A stretch of DNA of 64,000 nucleotides, from positions 23,219 to 87,218 of the forward strand of contig CAMNCJ010000007.1 in assembly GCA_946534285.1 (NCBI GenBank), read 5' to 3'. The number at the start of each line of letters is the position of its first letter. Position 1 is the stretch's first letter. The position numbers and the translations under genes were made by a program. The notes under the pieces are model-generated. The model searched no databases. It was not told the DNA's origin and was given only the letters and a program-made list of their open reading frames with translations. This DNA is from an uncultured Prevotella sp. (GTDB lineage: Bacteria; Bacteroidota; Bacteroidia; Bacteroidales; Bacteroidaceae). Shown in pieces: positions 28,282 to 40,100 of this stretch.

Positions 28282-29673
28282 ATGGCAAAAGACAAGATAG
28301 CATACGTCTGCTCAAACTGCGGACAGGAATCGGCGAAATGGATAGGCAAATGCCCTTCGTGCGGCCAGTGGAACACCTTCAAGGAAATCAGGATTGCCAG
28401 CGACACCGGCTCCCTGGCAGCCAAATCGGCAGCCACCACGGTGAGGAAATCCATGAAGAACGACAAGAACAGGCCGCTGCTGCTGCGGGAGATATCCTCG
28501 AAAGACGAGCCAAGGATCAACATGAACGACGAAGAACTGAACCGCGTGTTAGGCGGCGGATTGGTTCCTGGCAGCATTGTGCTGTTAGGCGGGGAGCCCG
28601 GCATCGGCAAAAGCACACTTTCGTTGCAGACCATACTAAGGATTCCCGACAAAAGAATCTTGTATGTGAGCGGGGAAGAGAGCGCTCACCAACTGAAAAT
28701 GCGTGCACAACGGATTCCACACGAAGACCATGACAACGTGCAGATACTGTGCGAGACATCGCTTGAAAGCATATTTGAACATATAAAAGAGGTGAAACCC
28801 GAACTCATTGTGGTGGATTCCATACAGACCATCTCTACAGAAGACGTGGAAAGCAGCCCAGGCAGCATCACGCAAGTTAGAGAATGCGCCTCTGCCCTGC
28901 TCCGTTTCGCGAAGACGAGTGGCATTCCCGTCATCCTCATCGGACATATCACCAAAGAAGGAACACTGGCCGGGCCGAAAATACTGGAGCATATCGTTGA
29001 CACCGTCATTCAGTTTGAGGGCGACCAGCACTATATGTACCGCATTCTGAGAAGCATCAAGAATCGTTTTGGAAGTACTTCGGAACTCGGTATCTATGAA
29101 ATGCAGCAGAACGGACTGCGACAAGTGAGCAATCCTTCAGAACTGCTGCTCACGCAAGACCACGACGGACTGAGCGGTATTGCTATCTCTTCGGCGATAG
29201 AAGGTGTGCGTCCGTTCCTCGTTGAGACGCAAGCACTCGTCTCAACAGCCGCTTATGGCACCCCGCAGCGCAGTGCCACCGGCTTCGACCAGCGTCGTTT
29301 GAACATGTTGCTGGCCGTTTTGGAGAAGCGTGTGGGTTTCAAACTCATCCAAAAAGACGTTTTCATCAACATTGCAGGTGGATTGCGAGTGACCGATCTG
29401 GCCATGGATCTCAGCGTTATCGCCGCTGTGCTGTCGAGTAACGTGGACACCGCCATCGAACCGGGCTGGTGCATGGCCGGCGAAGTTGGACTGAGCGGTG
29501 AGGTGCGCCCAGTCAATCGCATAGAACAGCGCATTGCCGAGGCAGAGAAACTGGGTTTCCATCACATGATTATTCCCAAATATAACATGCAGGGATTCAA
29601 CCGCCAGCGGTTCAACATTGAGTTGCATCCCGTGCGGAAGGTGGAAGAAGCACTGCGTGCACTGTTTGGATAA
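28282..29673 (+). CDS. radA: DNA repair protein RadA/Sms
   Basis: C4 zinc finger CSNCG...CPSC, GGEPGIGKST, KNRFG, Lon-like C-terminus. Confidence 0.97.
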   Translation: MAKDKIAYVCSNCGQESAKWIGKCPSCGQWNTFKEIRIASDTGSLAAKSAATTVRKSMKNDKNRPLLLREISSKDEPRINMNDEELNRVLGGGLVPGSIVLLGGEPGIGKSTLSLQTILRIPDKRILYVSGEESAHQLKMRAQRIPHEDHDNVQILCETSLESIFEHIKEVKPELIVVDSIQTISTEDVESSPGSITQVRECASALLRFAKTSGIPVILIGHITKEGTLAGPKILEHIVDTVIQFEGDQHYMYRILRSIKNRFGSTSELGIYEMQQNGLRQVSNPSELLLTQDHDGLSGIAISSAIEGVRPFLVETQALVSTAAYGTPQRSATGFDQRRLNMLLAVLEKRVGFKLIQKDVFINIAGGLRVTDLAMDLSVIAAVLSSNVDTAIEPGWCMAGEVGLSGEVRPVNRIEQRIAEAEKLGFHHMIIPKYNMQGFNRQRFNIELHPVRKVEEALRALFG

Positions 29674-29844
29674 TCCGCCGACAGTGCGTTTCGCCCTTTT
29701 TATGCCATAGAGAAACGCAGAAAGGAAACCATCGGAATGGTTGCCAACAATAAGAAACAGAGTGGGCAACTACAAAAAAACAGAATGTGTCAAAACAGAA
29801 TCATCCTTATGATGACGATATTTTGACACACGCTGAAGAATGAA

Positions 29845-30219
29845 TTATCGTGCAGCAATGCATTCAATCTCTACCAAGGCACCCTTAGGAAGAGCCTTGA
29901 CAGCAAAGGCGGAACGTGCTGGATACGGCTGGGCAAAGAACTCGGCATACACCTCGTTCATGGCACCGAAATCGGCGATGTCGGCCAACAACACGGTGGT
30001 CTTCACCACATTTTTCAGGTCGAGACCTGCACTCTGCAAGATAGCCTGTGCATTGAACAGCGACTGACGTGTCTGTTCCTTAACGCCTCCCTCGGGAAAA
30101 GCACCGGTTTCTGGGTTGATTGGTAACTGTCCGGAAGCATAAACGAATCCGTTTGCTTCGATGGCCTGGCTGTATGGTCCTATTGCAGCAGGCGCTTTTT
30201 CTGTACTTAATGCTTTCAT
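29845..30219 (-). CDS. ridA: RidA/YjgF enamine deaminase
   Basis: APAAIGPYSQA, SGQLP, VVKTTV, PARSA..V..LP.G.LVEIE. Confidence 0.93.
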   Translation of the reverse strand: MKALSTEKAPAAIGPYSQAIEANGFVYASGQLPINPETGAFPEGGVKEQTRQSLFNAQAILQSAGLDLKNVVKTTVLLADIADFGAMNEVYAEFFAQPYPARSAFAVKALPKGALVEIECIAAR

Positions 30220-30256
30220 GATTCTTGTTGTTTTTGCAGAAACAATCTGCTCATTA

Positions 30257-30910
30257 TTAATATAAATAAACTGTCTGGTCTTCTATTCCTGCGTCGCGAA
30301 GGGCTTCCTTGCGCTCCACGCAGGTGCCGCACCGGCCACAATGTTTGTCGCCGCCCTTGTAGCAACTCCATGTTTTTGAATAGTCAATGCCCAACGACTT
30401 ACCTCTTTTGGCTATATCGGCCTTGCTGAGATGGGTATATGGAGCCAGCAACTCAATGCCAGGGAATGTTCCCAGGCGCATGGCTTCGCTCATGGCCTGC
30501 ACAAATTCCGGCCGACAATCGGGATAAATGGTATGGTCGCCGCCATGATTGGCCATCATTACATATTTGAATCCGCGGCTTTCAGCAAGTCCGGCTGCCA
30601 CGGAAAGCATGATGCCGTTGCGGAAAGGCACCACCGTAGATTTCATATTCTCTTCATCGTAACTGCCTTCGGGTATCGCTTCTGCCCCTTCAAGCAGACT
30701 GCTCTTGAAGTAATCAGCCATGAAAGCCAGAGGTAACACGATATGTTCTATCCCCAAATGGCCGCAATGCCATGCTGCTAAAGGGATTTCCTTGGCATTG
30801 TGATTGCCTCCGTAGTCGAAAGAAACGGCCAGGCCGATGCGCTCCTGATAATCATAGAGCATCGTGGTACTGTCCATACCACCACTTAAAATCAAAACAG
30901 AATCTTTCAT
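30257..30910 (-). CDS. queC: 7-cyano-7-deazaguanine synthase
   Basis: LSGGMDST, VPFRNGI, YPDCRPEF, WSCY......CG.CGTC. Confidence 0.96.
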   Translation of the reverse strand: MKDSVLILSGGMDSTTMLYDYQERIGLAVSFDYGGNHNAKEIPLAAWHCGHLGIEHIVLPLAFMADYFKSSLLEGAEAIPEGSYDEENMKSTVVPFRNGIMLSVAAGLAESRGFKYVMMANHGGDHTIYPDCRPEFVQAMSEAMRLGTFPGIELLAPYTHLSKADIAKRGKSLGIDYSKTWSCYKGGDKHCGRCGTCVERKEALRDAGIEDQTVYLY

Positions 30911-31137
30911 CAGTTATGTCATGGAGTTACTATCATCATTCTTTCTGCCCGCAAAGAGAAACTCTCTAAACGCTCGCAAAGATAAATCTTTTTATCCGCA
31001 TGCAAAGATAAGCATTTTATTCGACTCTACCATCATTTTACATTATTTTTGCTATCCCAAGTTGTCATTTGGCTTTCTGATATGCAAAAAAGATTGAAAT
31101 TCTTTTTTCGTTGTGCGCGTATGTCAATTTATTTACG

Positions 31138-31145
31138 TAATTTTG
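31138..31145 (+). promoter_or_regulatory. -7 box for pgk
   Basis: TAATTTTG about 50 bp before the ATG. Confidence 0.55.
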
Positions 31146-31191
31146 CACACGTGGAAAGGATAAAAGTTTTTATAATATAATTAAGGTAACT

Positions 31192-32442
31192 ATGACTATC
31201 AATCAATTTAATTTTGCCGGAAAGAAGGCAATCGTGCGCGTGGACTTCAATGTGCCACTCGATGAAAATGGAAATGTGACTGACGACACCCGCATCCGCG
31301 GAGCACTGCCAACACTGAAAAAGATTCTCGCCGACGGCGGAGCCGTTATCATGATGAGCCATATGGGAAAGCCGAAAGGCAAAGTGAACCCCAAGATGAG
31401 CCTCTCGCAAATCGTAAAACCAGTGTCTGAGGCACTCGGCGTGGAAGTGAAATTCGCTCCCGACTGCGCCAATGCCACTGCTGAGGCAGAAGCACTGAAG
31501 CCAGGAGAAGCCCTCCTGCTGGAGAACCTCCGCTTCTATCCGGAGGAAGAAGGAAAGCCCGTGGGTATAGAGAAAGACGCTCCCGAATATGAGGAGGCCA
31601 AGAAAGCAATGAAGAAGAGCCAGAAAGAATTCGCAAAGAAACTGGCTTCTTATGCCGATGCCTACGTGATGGATGCTTTCGGAACTGCTCACCGCAAGCA
31701 CGCTTCCACCGCTGTGATTGACGAATACTTCGATGCTGACAACCGCATGCTCGGTTATCTGATGGAGAAAGAGGTGGAGGCCGTTGACAATATCCTCAGC
31801 AATATCAAGCGTCCGTTTACTGCTATCATGGGCGGATCGAAGGTTTCCACAAAGATCGGTATCATTGAAAACCTGCTGGGAAAGGTGGACAACCTGATTC
31901 TCTGCGGTGGTATGACATACACATTTGCCAAGGCTCAGGGTGGAGAAATTGGTAATTCAATCGTTGAACTCGACAAACTCGATGTTGCCCTCGACGTAAT
32001 CAAGAAGGCAAAAGAGAACGGAGTGAACCTCGTGTTAGGCACCGACTGTATCGCTGCCGACAAGTTTGCCAACGATGCCAACACACAGGTGGTGCCAGCC
32101 AATGCCATTCCAGAGGGATGGGAAGGACTGGATGCCGGTCCAGAGACCCGCAAGGCCTTTGCAAGTGCTATCGAAGGAGCCAAGACAATCTTATGGAATG
32201 GTCCTGCAGGTGTATTTGAATTCGACAATTTCACTGGCGGATCGAAAGCCATTGCCGATGCAATTGCCAAGGCAACAGCCAATGGAGCGTTCTCTTTGAT
32301 TGGTGGCGGCGACTCAGTAGCCTGCATCAACAAATTCGGAATGGCCGACCAGGTGTCTTATATCTCAACTGGCGGTGGAGCCCTGCTCGAAGCCATTGAA
32401 GGAAAGGTGCTTCCCGGCGTGGCTGCCATTAAAGGAGAATAA
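31192..32442 (+). CDS. pgk: Phosphoglycerate kinase
   Basis: [37 protein letters not shown]. Confidence 0.98.
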   Translation: MTINQFNFAGKKAIVRVDFNVPLDENGNVTDDTRIRGALPTLKKILADGGAVIMMSHMGKPKGKVNPKMSLSQIVKPVSEALGVEVKFAPDCANATAEAEALKPGEALLLENLRFYPEEEGKPVGIEKDAPEYEEAKKAMKKSQKEFAKKLASYADAYVMDAFGTAHRKHASTAVIDEYFDADNRMLGYLMEKEVEAVDNILSNIKRPFTAIMGGSKVSTKIGIIENLLGKVDNLILCGGMTYTFAKAQGGEIGNSIVELDKLDVALDVIKKAKENGVNLVLGTDCIAADKFANDANTQVVPANAIPEGWEGLDAGPETRKAFASAIEGAKTILWNGPAGVFEFDNFTGGSKAIADAIAKATANGAFSLIGGGDSVACINKFGMADQVSYISTGGGALLEAIEGKVLPGVAAIKGE

Positions 32443-32484
32443 ACGCAGAAAGCGCAGAGTAATTTCTGACTTATAGTATTATCG

Positions 32485-32518
32485 GAGAGCGAAACATGGT
32501 GTTCGCTCTCTGTTTTTT
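32485..32518 (+). terminator. Intrinsic terminator after pgk
   Basis: GAGAGCGAA/TTCGCTCTC stem followed by a T-tract. Confidence 0.75.
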
Positions 32519-32641
32519 ATATACGAATCATCTATTCTTCGCAAACGTTAACGGTAAAAAAGTGCATAAAAATGGAATAACGAATAAGATATTGTTGTAT
32601 TTTTGCATCATCATTCAAACATCAAATAAAAATTAATTGTT

Positions 32642-32893
32642 ATGGCAAAGACATTTGTAATCGGAGACCGTGTAAAAGACGAATGGATTTCTGTACTCGA
32701 TACAGAGAAAAAGAAACTTGAGTTTACAAACCATCTGGCAAGTGCAAAAGAATACAACAGCGATTATGCTGCCGACAAAGACCTGAAGAAGATTCAGGAG
32801 ACAGGATACTTTGGCGACTTGCTGGTTTACATGAAGGAAGACGGGAAGGCATACAGACCAGGTGAAACAGACAGTTTCCATCCCGTGAACTGA
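32642..32893 (+). CDS. Small hypothetical protein (83 aa), monocistronic
   Basis: Own TATTTTTG box at 32598-32605 and a downstream hairpin. Confidence 0.7.
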   Translation: MAKTFVIGDRVKDEWISVLDTEKKKLEFTNHLASAKEYNSDYAADKDLKKIQETGYFGDLLVYMKEDGKAYRPGETDSFHPVN

Positions 32894-32926
32894 ACGATAT
32901 AATTATAATTGACTCAAGACTATGGT

Positions 32927-32970
32927 AAAGACAGGCATAGGTGCTTCTGCATCGTGCCTGTCTTTTGTTT
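32927..32970. terminator. Hairpin terminator between convergent genes
   Basis: AAAGACAGGCA/TGCCTGTCTTT followed by a T-rich tail. Confidence 0.7.
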
Positions 32971-33131
32971 CATGAATAACCGCCGATTCACTTCCACCGA
33001 ACATACATGTCCGACGCGCCACCAGTAGTATTTGGTGAAAGAACAAAAAGCAAGCCACCACGCGCAATGCCGATGACTATCAGCGTTTGCAGCATGGTGG
33101 CTTGATACAGATTATTTCTTAAGATGAATGA

Positions 33132-35294
33132 TTATTTCTCCAACAGAATGTTCATCATCTCAACGGCTGCCTTGGCAACTGATGTTCCAGGACCAAAGAT
33201 AGCGGCTACACCTGCCTTATAGAGGAAGTCGTAGTCCTGAGCGGGGATAACACCACCGGCAATCACCATGATGTCCTCACGACCCAGTTTCTTCAGTTCT
33301 TCTATCAACTGCGGTATCAGAGTCTTATGACCAGCAGCAAGCGAAGAAGCACCAACGATATGCACATCGTTTTCAACAGCCTCGCGAGCAGCCTCGGCAG
33401 GAGTCTGGAACAACGGACCCATGTCTACGTCGAAACCACAGTCTGCATAACCAGTGGCAACCACCTTGGCACCACGGTCGTGACCATCTTGACCCATCTT
33501 TGCAACGAAGATACGCGGACGGCGTCCTTCCTTCTTGGCAAACTCCTCTGTCAACGCACAGGCTTTCTCAAAGTCTGAATCGTTCTTGCTTTCTGAACTA
33601 TACACGCCTGAAATTGTTCTGATTACTGCTTTATAACGACCTACGATTTCTTCGCAGGCATCTGAAATCTCACCAAGGGTACAACGCAGCTGGGCAGCCT
33701 TGACAGCCAGGTCCAGAAGGTTGTTCTCCGACTTGCGGCCCTCCTGGAAGTCACGCACACACTCCGTGATGGCCTTGAGGGCTGCCTGACATGCTGCCTC
33801 GTCGCGGGTGGCGCGAACCTGAGCCAGACTCTCTTCCTGCTGCTTGCGCACGGCGGTGTTGTCAACCTCAAGGATATCAATAGGATCTTCGTGCTCCAGA
33901 CGGTACTTGTTGGTACCCACAATGGTCTGCACGCCTGAGTCGATACGGGCCTGCGTGCGGGCAGCAGCCTCTTCGATACGCATCTTGGGAATACCGGTCT
34001 CGATGGCCTTGGCCATACCACCCAGTTTCTCAATCTCCTGGATGTGCTCCCAAGCCTTATGCACAAGCTCGTTGGTGAGCGTCTCCACATAGTAGGAGCC
34101 TGCCCACGGGTCAATCTGCTTGCAGACCTTGGTCTCATTCTGGATATAGATCTGGGTGTTACGTGCGATACGTGCGGAGAAATCGGTAGGCAACGCTATA
34201 GCCTCATCGAGCGCATTGGTATGGAGTGACTGGGTGTGACCCAACACGGCAGCCATAGCCTCGATACAAGTACGACCTACATTGTTGAAAGGATCTTGCT
34301 CGGTAAGACTCCAACCTGAAGTCTGAGAGTGAGTACGCAGCGCCAATGACTTAGGATTCTTGGCACCAAACGACTTCACAATCTTAGCCCAGAGCAGACG
34401 ACCTGCACGCATCTTGGCAATCTCCATGAAGTGGTTCATACCGATAGCCCAGAAGAACGACAGACGAGGAGCGAAGGCATCCACATCGATACCAGCATTG
34501 ACACCAGTACGCAGGTAGTCCATACCATCGGCCAGGGTGTAAGCCAACTCGATATCAGCCGTAGCACCAGCCTCCTGCATGTGGTAGCCGGAGATGGAGA
34601 TGGAGTTGAACTTAGGCATCTTCTGCGAGGTGTACTCGAAGATGTCGGCGATAATCTTCATGGAGAATGCAGGAGGATAGATATAGGTGTTGCGCACCAT
34701 GAACTCCTTCAGAATGTCATTCTGAATGGTTCCTGCCATCTCTTCCAACTTTGCCCCCTGCTCCAGACCTGCCACGATATAGAAGGCGAGGATAGGCAGC
34801 ACGGCACCGTTCATGGTCATAGAGACGGACATCTTGTTCAAGGGAATACCCGAGAAGAGCACCTTCATGTTCTCTTCGTTACAGATAGACACGCCAGCCT
34901 TACCCACGTCGCCTACCACACGGGCATTGTCAGGATCGTAGCCACGGTGGGTAGGCAGGTCGAAGGCAACAGAGAGACCCTTCTGACCAGAAGCCAGGTT
35001 GCGGCGATAGAATGCATTTGACTCCTCAGCAGTAGAGAATCCGGCATACTGACGGATAGTCCACGGGCGGAACGGATACATCATTGAATACGGACCACGG
35101 AGGAACGGTGGAATACCTGCTGTAAAATCGAGGTGCTCCATACCTTCAAGGTCTTCTTTCGTATATACAGGACGAACTTCAATATGCTCTGGAGTCTTCC
35201 AGTTAGGCGTAATGTTGTTCTCCTTCAGCCAGGCATTACCATCCTTGGCCTGAATGCCGGCATAAATATCGATGTCTTTGAATTGTTTTCTCAT
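33132..35294 (-). CDS. scpA: Methylmalonyl-CoA mutase, large (B12-binding) subunit
   Basis: [34 protein letters not shown] (DxHxxG). Confidence 0.98.
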   Translation of the reverse strand: MRKQFKDIDIYAGIQAKDGNAWLKENNITPNWKTPEHIEVRPVYTKEDLEGMEHLDFTAGIPPFLRGPYSMMYPFRPWTIRQYAGFSTAEESNAFYRRNLASGQKGLSVAFDLPTHRGYDPDNARVVGDVGKAGVSICNEENMKVLFSGIPLNKMSVSMTMNGAVLPILAFYIVAGLEQGAKLEEMAGTIQNDILKEFMVRNTYIYPPAFSMKIIADIFEYTSQKMPKFNSISISGYHMQEAGATADIELAYTLADGMDYLRTGVNAGIDVDAFAPRLSFFWAIGMNHFMEIAKMRAGRLLWAKIVKSFGAKNPKSLALRTHSQTSGWSLTEQDPFNNVGRTCIEAMAAVLGHTQSLHTNALDEAIALPTDFSARIARNTQIYIQNETKVCKQIDPWAGSYYVETLTNELVHKAWEHIQEIEKLGGMAKAIETGIPKMRIEEAAARTQARIDSGVQTIVGTNKYRLEHEDPIDILEVDNTAVRKQQEESLAQVRATRDEAACQAALKAITECVRDFQEGRKSENNLLDLAVKAAQLRCTLGEISDACEEIVGRYKAVIRTISGVYSSESKNDSDFEKACALTEEFAKKEGRRPRIFVAKMGQDGHDRGAKVVATGYADCGFDVDMGPLFQTPAEAAREAVENDVHIVGASSLAAGHKTLIPQLIEELKKLGREDIMVIAGGVIPAQDYDFLYKAGVAAIFGPGTSVAKAAVEMMNILLEK

Positions 35295-35312
35295 CTTTCT
35301 TTCCTCCTAACA

Positions 35313-37160
35313 TTAAATACCTAACTTCTGATTGTACTCCTTCAAAGTTTCAAGCACATTGCACTTCACATGAATGAAGTTCTCAATGCCGGCAGCCTTC
35401 AAGTCTTCCATGCAAGCAGGTGCACCAGCAACAACAAACATGGCACGACCATTCAGATACTGGAAGGCAGGAACAGCATATTCAGCATACTCGTCATCGC
35501 TTGAGCAGATAACCACGATGTCGGCTTTAGCCTCAAGAGCAGCATCAACACCTTCTTCAACGGTCTTGAAACCAAGGTTATCAATCACCTTGTAACCAGC
35601 ACATGCGAGGAAGTTGCAAGAGAACTGTGCGCGAGCCTGGCGCATGGCAAGATTACCGATGGTCAACATAAATGCTGTAGGAACCTTGGTCTCCTCCGTA
35701 TGGATGCGCAGGTCTTCAAAGTCAGCAGCCAAACGAGTGCTTTCTATCTTCTTAAATGCCGGCTCCTCTTCTTGGTGACAGCAGCAGCATTTCTGTGCGC
35801 GCTTTCCTTCACTCTTCTCTGTAAAATTCGGGAACTGATTAGTTCCAAGCAGGAATTCCTTACGCTTGGCAGCATCACCGTGGCGCTTCACATTGGTAGC
35901 ATTGATGTCATCTTGAACACTTCCGGCCTTCACAGCAGCGAGGAAACCACCCTCTTCCTCCACTTTGAGGAAGATCTTCCAACCTTCAACAGCGAGGCTA
36001 TCGGTGAGATGCTCGATATAATATGAACCTGCTCCCGGGTCAACCACATTATTAAAATGGCACTCTTCCTTGAGCAAGAGTTGCTGATTGCGGGCAATAC
36101 GCTCCGAGAACTCTGTCGGCTCCTCGTAAGTAACATCAAACGGTGTAACCACCATTGAGTGAACGCCTCCAAGGGCAGCACTCATTGCCTCTGTTTGAGA
36201 GCGCAACAGGTTAACATAACTGTCGAACAAGGTCTGGTTGTACTTAGATGTAACAGCATTGACACACATCTTGCATGCACAGTCACACTTGGGCTCATAC
36301 TGCTTCACGATCTGTGCCCAAAGCATACGAGCGGCACGGAACTTGGCTAATTCCATGAAATAGTTTTCAGAAACGCCCATGTTGAACTTGATTTTCTTGG
36401 CTGCAAGATCAACATCAACACCTGCATCCACGAGTTGCTGCAGATATTCATTACCCCAAGCCAAGGCATATCCCAGTTCCTGAACGATGTAGGAACCTGC
36501 GTTGTTCAGAGAAACGGTGTTCACACTGATGCAACGGAAATTGGGATATTCCTTCCATGCTTCCACAAGTTGTGGACCGAATGCAAGTGCGGATGTAACA
36601 TCCTTACCCTTCATCACCATCTTTTCCATTGGGTCGAAGTTGACCGAACCAACCACTTTCTCCTTGTCATATCCCTTCTTCTCGAAATAGGCAGTGAGGA
36701 TCTGAGTCAGTTCCAGAACATGGCTCTGGCAAGTGTGGAAGTTAACTTCAACAACATCGCAAAGAATACCATCAAGCAGTTGATCAACGAATTCAGCACT
36801 GACCTTATTACCCGGAATACGGAATCCCAATGAATCAATACCCTTGTTCAGGATATCCAAGGCTTTTTTGTTTGCCTCCAGAGCATCCTCAGCGACTACT
36901 TCCTGGCGGATGTACCACGTGTTGTCATCCTTTTTGTTACCTCGTACGAAGGGGAACTCTCCCGGAAGTGAATCGGGAGTCTTCAGTTTCAGCACATCTT
37001 CTCTACGATAGAAAGGCTGTACGTTAAAACCTTCATTGGTTCTCCATACCAGACGTTTGTTGAAGTCAGCGCCTTTGAGGTCCACTTCAATTTTGTCCAA
37101 CCACTCTTGGGTGGTAGGAGCCTTAAACTCGGTAAAGAGTTTTTCCTTACTGTTAGACAT
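35313..37160 (-). CDS. mutA: Methylmalonyl-CoA mutase, small subunit
   Basis: GEFPFVRG, DPGAGSYYIE, C-terminal domain lacking DxHxxG. Confidence 0.93.
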   Translation of the reverse strand: MSNSKEKLFTEFKAPTTQEWLDKIEVDLKGADFNKRLVWRTNEGFNVQPFYRREDVLKLKTPDSLPGEFPFVRGNKKDDNTWYIRQEVVAEDALEANKKALDILNKGIDSLGFRIPGNKVSAEFVDQLLDGILCDVVEVNFHTCQSHVLELTQILTAYFEKKGYDKEKVVGSVNFDPMEKMVMKGKDVTSALAFGPQLVEAWKEYPNFRCISVNTVSLNNAGSYIVQELGYALAWGNEYLQQLVDAGVDVDLAAKKIKFNMGVSENYFMELAKFRAARMLWAQIVKQYEPKCDCACKMCVNAVTSKYNQTLFDSYVNLLRSQTEAMSAALGGVHSMVVTPFDVTYEEPTEFSERIARNQQLLLKEECHFNNVVDPGAGSYYIEHLTDSLAVEGWKIFLKVEEEGGFLAAVKAGSVQDDINATNVKRHGDAAKRKEFLLGTNQFPNFTEKSEGKRAQKCCCCHQEEEPAFKKIESTRLAADFEDLRIHTEETKVPTAFMLTIGNLAMRQARAQFSCNFLACAGYKVIDNLGFKTVEEGVDAALEAKADIVVICSSDDEYAEYAVPAFQYLNGRAMFVVAGAPACMEDLKAAGIENFIHVKCNVLETLKEYNQKLGI

Positions 37161-37242
37161 AGTTTGTGTATTATTAAAAAGTTGAATAAGTTAATGTCAT
37201 AAAAAGAATAAAGTCTTTTCAGGTATATTCGTTTAAACGCTG

Positions 37243-37383
37243 CAAAGTTATACTATTTTTTTGAGATAAACGCATCTTCCATGAAGAATTTTACAAGAAA
37301 ACATTAAAAATTCAAAAACTTTAGGATTGCAGAAAAATAATCGCCAAAAAATTCGTTGAATGGGTATTTTATGCGTACCTTTG
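37243..37383. promoter_or_regulatory. Divergent -7 boxes for the mutase operon and the transporter/decarboxylase operon
   Basis: TAACTTTG on minus at 37243-37250; TACCTTTG on plus at 37376-37383. Confidence 0.55.
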
Positions 37384-37433
37384 CACCCAAATTCGGCTGT
37401 TGCAAAGCAGCCGATTCATTTGCGTTAAAAGTT

Positions 37434-39122
37434 ATGAATTGGTTAACAGACATATTTACGAGCACCGATTCTGTGGCACACATCGTGCTGCTCTACTCTA
37501 TCGTCATCGCTACAGGAGTATTATTAGGAAAGATAAAGGTTGGAGGAATCTCGCTGGGAGTAACTTTCGTACTCTTTGCAGGAATTTTAGCCGGCCATAT
37601 CGGTTTTACCGCTCCTACAGACATTCTCACATTCATACAAGAATTCGGTCTGGTTCTTTTTGTTTTCATGATTGGTTTACAGGTGGGACCAGGATTCTTC
37701 GAGAATTTCGGAACAGCCGGTGTCAAGTTGAACGTGTTGTCCATCATCGGTATTATCTTGAATATAGTTGTCATGTTTATCTGCTATTATTCATTCTTCG
37801 ACACCTCCGACCCGCGCAACTTGCCCATGATGATAGGAACATTGTTTGGTGCCGTTACCAATACCCCCGGTTTAGGTGCCGCCAACGAGGCTCTTGACAG
37901 TCTGCCCTTGTTCAACGGCGACACACCTCAGATTGCTTCAGGTTATGCGTGTGCCTATCCACTCGGAGTGCTGGGTATTATCGGAGCCACCATTGCGATA
38001 AGGTATATCTGCGGTGTTAAACTGGAAAACGAAGAAAGACGCCTTCAAGCGCAGGAAGCGGACAACGCCAATGTGAAGCCATACCGATTGAGACTGAAGG
38101 TAACAAACACATATCTGGAAGGAAAAAGCATGCTTCAAGTGCATAATTTTCTGAACCGCGACTTTGTCTGTTCACGTATTCTTCATGACGGTCATGTAAG
38201 CATTCCTAACAGAGACACCATATTCCATATAGGAGATCAACTGAACATCGTTTGCGCAGAGGCAGATGCGGAAGCCATCATTGCTTTCATCGGTCCAGAA
38301 ATAGAGATTGACTGGGAGCAGACAGACCAGCCTATGGTGAGCAGACGCATTGTCATCACAAACCCATCGATTAACGGAAAAACGCTGGGGAAGATGCATT
38401 TCTCAAGTGTTTATGGTGTCAACATCACCCGTCTGACCCGCCAAGGCATTGATCTTTTTGCCAGTGCAGGACTGCCATTGCAGATTGGAGACCGCATCAT
38501 GGTAGTGGGACAAGAGGATGCAGTGAATCGTGTTGCCGACCTAATGGGTAATTCCTTACGCCGTCTTGATGCCCCGAATATCGCAACCATTTTCATTGGC
38601 ATTATCATCGGCATCATTTTCGGCTCACTTCCATTCACCATCCCAGGCATGCCAGTACCTCTGAAACTGGGTATTGCCGGTGGACCGCTCATCATTGCCA
38701 TTCTGATTGGACGCTATGGCTACAAGATACATCTGGTTACTTATACCACCACCTCTGCCAATATGATGCTCAGGGAAATCGGTCTGGTACTGTTTCTGGC
38801 AAGTGTTGGCATCAAAGCAGGTAATGGATTCTGGGAAACGATCGTCGCCGGAGACGGACTTCTATATGTACTATCAGGATTCTTGATAACGACCATTCCA
38901 GTGTTCATCATAGGAATCATCGCAAGAAAGCGTTACAGGTTCAACTATTTCACCATCATGGGTATGCTGGCAGGAACATACACCGACCCGCCTGCACTGG
39001 CTTACGCCAATAGCGTATGTTCCAAGGAAGCCCCGGCACTTGGTTACAGCACGGTATATCCCTTGTCTATGTTCCTGCGCATATTCACAGCACAGTTGAT
39101 TGTGCTGCTCTGTTGCGGATAA
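37434..39122 (+). CDS. AspT/YidE/YbjL (AAE) family transporter with TrkA-C domains
   Basis: [40 protein letters not shown]. Confidence 0.9.
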   Translation: MNWLTDIFTSTDSVAHIVLLYSIVIATGVLLGKIKVGGISLGVTFVLFAGILAGHIGFTAPTDILTFIQEFGLVLFVFMIGLQVGPGFFENFGTAGVKLNVLSIIGIILNIVVMFICYYSFFDTSDPRNLPMMIGTLFGAVTNTPGLGAANEALDSLPLFNGDTPQIASGYACAYPLGVLGIIGATIAIRYICGVKLENEERRLQAQEADNANVKPYRLRLKVTNTYLEGKSMLQVHNFLNRDFVCSRILHDGHVSIPNRDTIFHIGDQLNIVCAEADAEAIIAFIGPEIEIDWEQTDQPMVSRRIVITNPSINGKTLGKMHFSSVYGVNITRLTRQGIDLFASAGLPLQIGDRIMVVGQEDAVNRVADLMGNSLRRLDAPNIATIFIGIIIGIIFGSLPFTIPGMPVPLKLGIAGGPLIIAILIGRYGYKIHLVTYTTTSANMMLREIGLVLFLASVGIKAGNGFWETIVAGDGLLYVLSGFLITTIPVFIIGIIARKRYRFNYFTIMGMLAGTYTDPPALAYANSVCSKEAPALGYSTVYPLSMFLRIFTAQLIVLLCCG

Positions 39123-39148
39123 ATTAAAAACAATATTATATAATAATC

Positions 39149-40078
39149 ATGAAAAGAATCCTTTTATCACTGACTGTATTGCTTGGCACTACGACGATGT
39201 TTGCACAAGGAGCAAAGAACATCAAGATCAACGAAGTGCTGACCAACAATACCGCCAGTATGCAGGATGAATTTGGAGTGCATCTGCCATGGGTGGAACT
39301 TTCCAACGTGTCGTACACAACGTACAACATCAGGGGAATGTTCATAACAACCGACCGCAGTGTGCTCGACAATTCTCTCTCTGCCCCCAAGCGCATTAAA
39401 AAGATGTGTCCCATTCCCAACGGGGATGAGCGCACATTAATGTCTGGACACGCCCATTTGCTCCTATTCCTTAATTCTAATCCCGCTAAAGGTGCTATGC
39501 ATCTTAGCGTTCCCGTCGATGCGGAGAAGCCCTTATGGATTGCGCTCTACGACGGAAACGGTGTCGATCTGATTGACTCTGTCACAGTTCCCGTGCTTGC
39601 TGAAAACAAATCGTTTGCAAAAACGAAAAAGGACTGGACCGTAAAAGCCCCCGAGGCCGTAACCCCTGGTATCAGCAACTTTATTGAAGTGAACGAGTCG
39701 AGAATCGCAGAACTTAAACGTGACGACCCATACGGATTTGGTATTACGCTTCTCTCTATGGGCATTGTGTTCGCTTGTCTGGCACTTCTCTACGTATTCT
39801 TCAGCATTCTCGGAAAGTTCATGGCCAAGAAAGACAAAGAAAAGAAAAAGTCGGGCAATCCGGAAGGCTGGGTGAAGAAGGCACGTATGCCGATTGCCGC
39901 CAAAGACTCCAAGATAAAACTGGAAAAAACTTCCGAGCAAGAAGACATGGATATCTACATGGCAGTGATCAGTATGGCTCTGAAAGAGTATCTGGACAAC
40001 ATCCACGATGACGAGAGCGGTATCATTACCATTCGTCCGCACCATACGATGTGGAACAATGAACTGAATAATAAATAA
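39149..40078 (+). CDS. OadG/MmdD-like decarboxylase subunit with N-terminal lamin-tail-like domain
   Basis: Signal peptide, IKINEVLTNN...WVEL (LTD-like), single TM (LLSMGIVFACLALL), C-terminal AVISMAL...HD.ESG. Confidence 0.75.
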   Translation: MKRILLSLTVLLGTTTMFAQGAKNIKINEVLTNNTASMQDEFGVHLPWVELSNVSYTTYNIRGMFITTDRSVLDNSLSAPKRIKKMCPIPNGDERTLMSGHAHLLLFLNSNPAKGAMHLSVPVDAEKPLWIALYDGNGVDLIDSVTVPVLAENKSFAKTKKDWTVKAPEAVTPGISNFIEVNESRIAELKRDDPYGFGITLLSMGIVFACLALLYVFFSILGKFMAKKDKEKKKSGNPEGWVKKARMPIAAKDSKIKLEKTSEQEDMDIYMAVISMALKEYLDNIHDDESGIITIRPHHTMWNNELNNK

Positions 40079-40100
40079 TGTATCAATAATAAAAAGAAAA

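Noticed and set aside
30911-31100. preQ1 riboswitch upstream of queC; cobalamin riboswitch upstream of mutA (37161-37350)
   Set aside because: No recognisable consensus by eye; an Rfam scan would be needed to exclude them fully.
32442-32460. AACGCAGAAAGCGCAGAG after pgk as another 9-nt repeat copy
   Set aside because: Only two degenerate units and no opposing arm; too short to support.
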